22,766 nt of DNA, taken from contig JAEOTZ010000008.1 of NCBI GenBank assembly GCA_016839585.1, forward strand, positions 1 to 22,766, in the 5' to 3' direction. This document shows, in pieces, positions 16,781-22,766 of the stretch. The position numbers and the translations under genes were made by a program. Within the stretch, counting starts at the first letter, position 1, and every line of letters begins with the position of its first letter. This DNA comes from Promethearchaeota archaeon. GTDB taxonomy: Archaea > Asgardarchaeota > Lokiarchaeia > Sigyniarchaeales > SOKP01. The notes beneath the pieces are model-generated. The model was not told where the DNA came from. It worked only from the letters and a program-made list of their open reading frames with translations, and did no database searches.

Positions 16781-17974
16781 ATGGATGAGGATGAGTTCAG
16801 GAAACAATTTATGAAAAAATCTGTATTTAAACTATCGAGTTCCCTTGATCAAAGCTACGTACCAGAAAAATTATATTGTAGAGATGAGGATATAAAAACC
16901 TTAATTTACAATTTTAGGAGAATCATAGAAGAAAGTGATCAACCTTCAATTAATTGCTTAATGACTGGAAAAGGAGGAGTAGGAAAGACAGTTACTGCGA
17001 GATATTTTGGAAAAAATTTAAAGACTATTTCATTAGAACGAGATGTTAATTTATTTATTGAATATTATAATTGTATTAATTTCAATTCAAAAAGTAAAAT
17101 AGTTAGGGAATTATTAGCTAAGTATACTCACGGAAGCGGACGTGGATTCTCAGATGATGAAGGGATAAAGCTGATACTTTCTCAATTAATCAGAGAAAGA
17201 AGTTATATGCTTCTTATAATTGATGAAATATTTCGATTAAAACCTGATGAAATATTAGCTCTTCTTGACATTGCTGAAACTTTTGGTCATCAAAATGCAA
17301 AATTATCATTAATAATAATTTCAAGAACTCATGATTGGATGATAGTTGAGAATGAAAGAATTTTAAGTAGATTAAATCAAAAAATTGAACTTAAACCCTA
17401 TAATTTTGATGAAGCTAAGCAGATTTTAGATTATAGAAGTGAGCTTGCTTTCAAAGAAAATGTAATTGATGACGATCTTCTAGAAATGATTGCTGAAATA
17501 GTATCAGAACATCAAAATATGCGTCACGGTATTGAAATATTAAGGAAAAGCGGGTTATATTGTGATAAAGAGGGATTAGAACGTTTTACTCCAGAGATAG
17601 TAAGAGAAGCATCCAATGAAGTGTATCCTACATTTAGAGGGGATGTTATTGATCTACTAAAAGATCAAGAACATTTAGCATTGTATGGGATAGTAAGATC
17701 ATTAATGAATACTGATGAATCATACACTTTAGTTGATGAAGCTTACGAGGAATATCAAGTAATTTGTGAAAATTATTCTATTGATCCCCATGTTAAAATG
17801 AGTTTTAGAAAATATGTCCGCCATCTTGATGAGCTTAAAATAATTACTTCTAAAACGGTAAGAATAGAAGAAGCTCAGAGAGGCAGACATAAAGAAATCA
17901 GGTTATTAGATATCCCAGCCGTAAAATTAGCTGAATTATTAGAAGGTCTTTTTGAGAAAAAATTTATGAATTAA
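16781..17974 (+). CDS. cdc6: Orc1/Cdc6 family AAA+ ATPase with a C-terminal winged helix
   Basis: YVPEKLYCRDE, Walker A GKGGVGKT, YNC, Walker B IIDE, ILSRL, PYN, sensor-2 MRHGIEILR; wHTH ending RGRHKEIRL. Confidence 0.92.
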   Translation: MDEDEFRKQFMKKSVFKLSSSLDQSYVPEKLYCRDEDIKTLIYNFRRIIEESDQPSINCLMTGKGGVGKTVTARYFGKNLKTISLERDVNLFIEYYNCINFNSKSKIVRELLAKYTHGSGRGFSDDEGIKLILSQLIRERSYMLLIIDEIFRLKPDEILALLDIAETFGHQNAKLSLIIISRTHDWMIVENERILSRLNQKIELKPYNFDEAKQILDYRSELAFKENVIDDDLLEMIAEIVSEHQNMRHGIEILRKSGLYCDKEGLERFTPEIVREASNEVYPTFRGDVIDLLKDQEHLALYGIVRSLMNTDESYTLVDEAYEEYQVICENYSIDPHVKMSFRKYVRHLDELKIITSKTVRIEEAQRGRHKEIRLLDIPAVKLAELLEGLFEKKFMN

Positions 17975-18079
17975 TACGAATTAAGTTTTAAATTATTTAT
18001 TACTCTTTGATTTTATTAATAATTCTATATTTGAATTTAACTTAGATAATTTTATGGATTAAATCTTAAACTTTAATTT

Positions 18080-18310
18080 TTAAAATCCTTCTTTCTCAGA
18101 TTTAGATTTACTATACCACTCCAACCATTCTTTGCGACGATTTTTTCTTTGTTGCGATTCATCTGCCTCTGTAAAATTCTCACTTCTTATTTTCTTCCAA
18201 TAATTATCTAATTCAAATCGAGATAAGGATAATCCACATGATTGACAAACCATTGCTTTGGTATTTGGAATGTATTTCATCTTACCTCCACATTCGGGAC
18301 AGCGACTCAT
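18080..18310 (-). CDS. Small zinc-ribbon protein
   Basis: CPECGG...CQSCG followed by a charged helical tail. Confidence 0.8.
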   Translation of the reverse strand: MSRCPECGGKMKYIPNTKAMVCQSCGLSLSRFELDNYWKKIRSENFTEADESQQRKNRRKEWLEWYSKSKSEKEGF

Positions 18311-18444
18311 AATTTTTTATACAATTTTTTATTACTCTCTAATTAAGTAATAGAGTTAATTAATGTTAAAATATTTTTTTGTCTTAATTTATAATTTTTA
18401 CTTATTAACACCATTTAAGTCAAATTTTCATTGAGTGAAAAGAT

Positions 18445-19677
18445 TTGTTATCAGATGTGTTTTATTTTACAGCCCGGTCTCAAAGCCATAAAGAAAGTAT
18501 GAGTAAGGTTAAAGGACCATTAGCGTTAGAAAAACTTGGAATTAAACAAAAAATTAAATTTGGAGATAAATTCGTGATTAAAACTCACTTTGGCGCACTT
18601 GACAACACGCGATATCTTCGTCCAAGTTACATCAGGTTTTTATGTGATTACATAAAAAAGATAGGTGGAATTCCAGCTGTTGCAGAATCATGCGGATGGG
18701 GACTACCTGAGAGCATCTCAGGGGTTCATACTGAATATAGTGGTCGTGCAAATGAGAAGGAATACCTAAATGTGGCGTTGCAACATGGATTTACAGAAGA
18801 AACGATGGGTGCTCCAATATTAATGCTCGATGGTCCCATGGGAATAGATTACGAACTTCAAAAAATTAGTGGAAAACGATTTAAAGAAATATTAGTAGCA
18901 GGACGTTTGAGAGAATTTGATTATATGGTTATGGCTACTCACTTTAAAGGACATCCAGGTGCAGGCTTCGGAGGTACTTTGAAGAACTTAGGTATTGGGT
19001 CTGTCGCTAAGGGTCAGAAAATTCGAGCTCATCTTGGTACAACTTTTGATTATGATCTAAGTAAATGTGTTAAAGATTGTGATAAATGTATAAAAGTCTG
19101 CCCTACTGGTTCATTAAGTAAAAGTCCCGATAAAGTTCTTAAGAAGGATTGGAATAAATGTCGTTATTGTTATATGTGTAGATCAATATGTGATAAAGGT
19201 GTGATTAGTGCTGGATCATCTAAAAGAGAGGATTTTATTACTAGATTTATAGACAATGCCAAGGGAGTAGTGGATTATTTCGGTAAAGATAAAATCTTCT
19301 ATATTAATTATGCTATAGATATAACATATCAGTGTGATTGTTCAGGAGGTTCAGATGTCCCCTTTGTTCCAGATATAGGGATTTTAGCTTCTTTGGATCC
19401 TGTTGCCTTAGATCAAGCAACTGTAGATTTAATTCATAAATCTTTAATTAGTCCTCAATCAGTTCTTTCTGATGTTAAAAATATTCCAACACAAGGACCT
19501 TTTGAGTGGCTTTCATACCTCCCTCGTTTTGATCCAGAATCAGGCGAGTTTGATTTGAATCAAGATGGAAAAGAGTCAAGACATTGGGAATTGCAATTAA
19601 AATTAGCTGAGGAAATTGGTTTAGGTAAAAGAAATTACAATTTAATTGAAGTTAATATAGAAAAAAAAAAAAATTAA
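18445..19677 (+). CDS. DUF362 domain protein with a 2x[4Fe-4S] ferredoxin insert
   Basis: IKTHFG, HFKGH..AGFGGTLKNLGIG, CxxCxxxCP and CxxCxxCxxxC clusters, CDC and DIGILASLDPVALD motifs. Confidence 0.88.
   Translation: MLSDVFYFTARSQSHKESMSKVKGPLALEKLGIKQKIKFGDKFVIKTHFGALDNTRYLRPSYIRFLCDYIKKIGGIPAVAESCGWGLPESISGVHTEYSGRANEKEYLNVALQHGFTEETMGAPILMLDGPMGIDYELQKISGKRFKEILVAGRLREFDYMVMATHFKGHPGAGFGGTLKNLGIGSVAKGQKIRAHLGTTFDYDLSKCVKDCDKCIKVCPTGSLSKSPDKVLKKDWNKCRYCYMCRSICDKGVISAGSSKREDFITRFIDNAKGVVDYFGKDKIFYINYAIDITYQCDCSGGSDVPFVPDIGILASLDPVALDQATVDLIHKSLISPQSVLSDVKNIPTQGPFEWLSYLPRFDPESGEFDLNQDGKESRHWELQLKLAEEIGLGKRNYNLIEVNIEKKKN
19661..19673 (-). terminator. Oligo-T terminator (T13 on the minus strand) for the convergent gene
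   Basis: A13 run inside the last codons of the DUF362 gene, 5 nt past the 19679 stop. Confidence 0.5.
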
Positions 19678-19678
19678 T

Positions 19679-20146
19679 TTAAAGAAAAGCATTCCAAGTG
19701 GACATGGCATCTTCTTTTCCAACTTTGAACTTTTTTTGAAGTTTTTCAAAGTTAAGATGAGGTGCCATTCCATCATCCCATATAGCATTAATGTCTTTAG
19801 CGATCGCTCTTGCGTGATCTTCGTTATTAGTATAAATATCTACTTTGACGACTTGTTTATCTGCGTTATACATAGTAAACCGTGATTTAGCAAACAATCT
19901 ACTAGTTACTTCAACGTAGGTATTTATTCCAGGTGCTAGATATTGATATTCAACAGTTCTACCAGAAGTATTACCTATTTTGGTTGAAGGATCAATATTA
20001 GTTATCCAATTTTCTACTACATATGCAATATCTGGTTTTACTTTTGAAAATTGCGCTTTAACTTTTTTTGGTTGGCAATAAACTGTATATTTTGGGAGAT
20101 TCATTAACCCTAATTGCATAGCTTCTTTTTTAGTTCCTTTTCCCAT
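19679..20146 (-). CDS. Hypothetical protein
   Basis: Soluble ORF. ATG 20146 follows GGGTGA (20157-20152) and is preferred over 20164. Confidence 0.7.
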   Translation of the reverse strand: MGKGTKKEAMQLGLMNLPKYTVYCQPKKVKAQFSKVKPDIAYVVENWITNIDPSTKIGNTSGRTVEYQYLAPGINTYVEVTSRLFAKSRFTMYNADKQVVKVDIYTNNEDHARAIAKDINAIWDDGMAPHLNFEKLQKKFKVGKEDAMSTWNAFL

Positions 20147-20268
20147 AATTTTCACCCATTTCATTTATTCTAAAATTGGTGATTAATAATAAGTTATATT
20201 AACATATAAATCTCTTTTCATAAAAATTCAATGTAATAAAGAAGATAAAAAGACTTTTTTTTAATTAA

Positions 20269-21597
20269 CTAGATAGAAATAGTTAAATCTGAAAATGTTA
20301 TATACGGAAACAGTGAATTTGATGAAAATTCACGTTCTTTTGTTATATACTGACAATTTTTAATCATTTCCAAAACATTTCCACTAACATTTCCAAGCTT
20401 TATTGGGTTTTTGAATTCACCATTTTTTATATAATATCCATTTCTTATTTCCGCCCCGAAAAATCCTGAAAATTCTTCAGGATTTAACCATGAAAATTTC
20501 TCAATATAATATCCCTCTTTTATATCCGAAATAATATCATCTAACGAAATAGTTCCTGGCATAATTTGGAAATTGCTGACTCCATTATCAACTGAGCCAG
20601 TTTCACTTCTTATCCCATTCCCAGTTGGCTCCTTGTCATTCAACATTGCATATTTTTGATCATATAACCGTTTTTTGAATACACCGTTTTTTATCACCTC
20701 TGTTTTTTGATGGGGATTTCCTTCACCATCCCAAGGGTTAGAATTTAATCCGTCTTCGAGTAATCCATCATCAAGAATCGTAATCTCATCAGAAGCTACT
20801 TTATCATTAATTTTGTAAGCAGAAATCTTCTCACTTAGTGCTCGTCCTAATACATGAAATCCAATTACAGGAATAATAGCTTCTCTTAGGACATGTGGTG
20901 GGAATATTACAATTGCTTCTTTATTAGGTTTAGGTGGCTCTGCTATTAAAGTATCTTTCGCTATTTGAGCCCAATTCTCAACTCTTTTCTTAAAATTTAA
21001 ATGTTCTTTTTCTTTGAAATATTCTGAATTCCAATGTTCAGATAATTTCCCATTTCCTTGTGCCTTCAGGGAATGTTCTAGATAAAAGAATGTTTTTGTA
21101 GAATCAAGATTTACTCCATTACTATTTCTTAAAAAACTATTTTTTATGTGTACCCTTAATCGACTAAAAGTGGGAACCACTTCCTTTTGCTCTTCAACTA
21201 TAACCATAAATTCTTCACATAGATCATTCTTTATCCCTAATGGATCTTTTAATATAGCTTTATCAGCTATGACTGTACTTGATATTGGTTTCTCTTCTGG
21301 AAATTGATACCTCGAAGAAATATTATTTTTAGAAAGTAAATAGCAGGTATCTATATTTTTATTTATTTCTTTTGAATCCAAAGAATTTCCTTTAACAACA
21401 CCTACTCCCGTCTGATCTCCTTTTTGAGTAAGGACTCGTATAAAATACTCAAAATCTTCAACTTCTCTTTCTGTTTCTGGCTTATTTTTTAAGAAAATTG
21501 TTTCATAGATTTCTTTTTCGACAAAAAAGATTTCATATTCCTTAATATTTTTCGCTTTAAGATTTTTTTCAATCAAATCAATTTTTACATTTATCAT
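20269..21597 (-). CDS. pmbA: PmbA/TldE family protein
   Basis: NSNG, PWDGEG, TGNG and SG.F motifs; no HExxxH. ATG 21597 follows GGGGTGA, which overlaps the tldD stop. Confidence 0.85.
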   Translation of the reverse strand: MINVKIDLIEKNLKAKNIKEYEIFFVEKEIYETIFLKNKPETEREVEDFEYFIRVLTQKGDQTGVGVVKGNSLDSKEINKNIDTCYLLSKNNISSRYQFPEEKPISSTVIADKAILKDPLGIKNDLCEEFMVIVEEQKEVVPTFSRLRVHIKNSFLRNSNGVNLDSTKTFFYLEHSLKAQGNGKLSEHWNSEYFKEKEHLNFKKRVENWAQIAKDTLIAEPPKPNKEAIVIFPPHVLREAIIPVIGFHVLGRALSEKISAYKINDKVASDEITILDDGLLEDGLNSNPWDGEGNPHQKTEVIKNGVFKKRLYDQKYAMLNDKEPTGNGIRSETGSVDNGVSNFQIMPGTISLDDIISDIKEGYYIEKFSWLNPEEFSGFFGAEIRNGYYIKNGEFKNPIKLGNVSGNVLEMIKNCQYITKEREFSSNSLFPYITFSDLTISI

Positions 21598-21605
21598 CTT
21601 AAATA

Positions 21606-22766
21606 TCACCCCGGACTAATTAATGCTTCTTTAATTCGAACGTAAGTACCTCCACTCCCTACAGGAACGTGATCTTCATCGCCTTTACCGCAGGCCCCCC
21701 CATCAAATTTTATAATTCCCTTACTAATAGCATCAATTTTAGGTAATGTTTCCAATACTGCGCCACTTAATACAACTGCCTTTAATAACTTAGTTTTCTC
21801 TCCGTTTTCGATTAAGTAGCCCTTCTTAGAGCTGTTCTGCATACTTCCCGCCAGTGGGTCCTCCATACCGAAGTATCCATGAACCAAGATCACTCCATAT
21901 TTAATTTCTTTAATCATTTCATCAAGTGAGTAATTCCCTGGTTCAAAATAAGTATTTGTCATCCTTGGATGAACTGGATGAGCAAAACTTTCTCTTCTTC
22001 CGTTCCCCTTTGGAATGGCATTTAATGCGGAAGCAGTTCTTCTATCATATATGAAATCTTTCAATATTCCATTTTTAACCAATATATTTTCACCTGCTTT
22101 AATCCCCTCATCATCAAAAAAGTATGACCCAATAGTACCTTCAATTGTTGGTGAATCACAAATAGTACAAATTTCTGATGCAACTTTTTGATTTAATTTT
22201 TCTTTTAAATAACTCCTTTCGCGTATAACTTGATCTGCTTCAAGACCATGTCCAAAACTTTCATGTGCTACCATTCCTGCCATGGTGGAATCTAAAATAA
22301 CAACATATTTTCCTGAAGGAGCTAATTCTGCTTTTAGCATTTCTAAAGACTTTTGACATATTTTATCTAACTTATTATCATCAATCTTATCAAAAATTTC
22401 AAAGCCTATTTCACCAGAATCCACATAATAATCATAATCTACAACAGGACCTTCTTTCGCAATAGGAACAATATAAAGTTTAGTCCTTGGAATTACTTGT
22501 CTTAATTGACAACCTTCGTTGTTAAAAAAAATCCGTTCTGTAAATTGTTCCTCGTATTGAAGTTGTAAATTAATTACTCGTATATCAAATTTCATAACAT
22601 AATCATAGATTTCTCTGACTTTTTGGATTTTTTCATCAATAGGAACTTCAAGTGGATTGATTTTCGGTTTGATTTCTTTGTTTAGTTTCCATCCTTCATA
22701 TTCTTCAAGATTTTTACCCATATTTGTAACTTTGGGTAATTTCTCATCAATTTTTTTAATATCTAA
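21606..22766 (-). CDS. tldD: TldD family metalloprotease (partial; 5' end outside the window)
   Basis: HESFGHGLEAD, DDEG, GNGRRE, PRMTNT and CGKG motifs. The frame is open from 22721 to the window edge. Confidence 0.9.
   Translation of the reverse strand, partial: LDIKKIDEKLPKVTNMGKNLEEYEGWKLNKEIKPKINPLEVPIDEKIQKVREIYDYVMKFDIRVINLQLQYEEQFTERIFFNNEGCQLRQVIPRTKLYIVPIAKEGPVVDYDYYVDSGEIGFEIFDKIDDNKLDKICQKSLEMLKAELAPSGKYVVILDSTMAGMVAHESFGHGLEADQVIRERSYLKEKLNQKVASEICTICDSPTIEGTIGSYFFDDEGIKAGENILVKNGILKDFIYDRRTASALNAIPKGNGRRESFAHPVHPRMTNTYFEPGNYSLDEMIKEIKYGVILVHGYFGMEDPLAGSMQNSSKKGYLIENGEKTKLLKAVVLSGAVLETLPKIDAISKGIIKFDGGACGKGDEDHVPVGSGGTYVRIKEALISPG

Noticed and set aside
16665-18079. Replication origin next to cdc6
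   Set aside because: Both flanking spacers are only about 105-116 nt and AT-rich like every spacer here. No repeated TCCA..GAAA ORB or G-string was found by eye.
19661-19673. Phase-variable poly-A tract
   Set aside because: It lies in the last codons of DUF362, so slippage would barely alter the protein. It is better explained as the terminator of the convergent gene.

Overview
Very AT-rich archaeal chromosomal window. The Orc1/Cdc6 gene, GAGGTGA-type ribosome-binding sites, oligo-T terminators and gene content are most consistent with an Asgard archaeon (Lokiarchaeia-like); this is inference. From left to right it holds: a partial membrane metal-transporter-like gene; two GT87/DUF2029 glycosyltransferase paralogues flanking a secreted, C-terminally anchored protein; a ~2.5 kb patchwork of gene fragments around an intact FGE/SUMF1-domain gene, bracketed by a truncated and an intact L-fucose/arabinose-isomerase-family gene; an orphan N4/N6 DNA methyltransferase; two paralogous long coiled-coil proteins that both appear to start at ATT; DUF72 with a C-terminal PIP-box-like motif; a polytopic membrane protein; a coiled-coil protein with a PC4-like segment; two thioredoxin-reductase-fold genes, the first lacking both CxxC and the NADPH motifs; a 28-bp palindrome followed by xerA and orc1/cdc6; a Zn-ribbon protein; a DUF362 Fe-S protein; a hypothetical protein; and tldD-pmbA. 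No tRNA, rRNA, CRISPR array, transposase or ORB repeat was recognised. The best leads are the palindrome-xerA-cdc6 module, the ATT-initiated coiled-coil pair, the degenerate/intact TrxR pair, the putative clamp-binding DUF72 and the mosaic of gene 3' ends.
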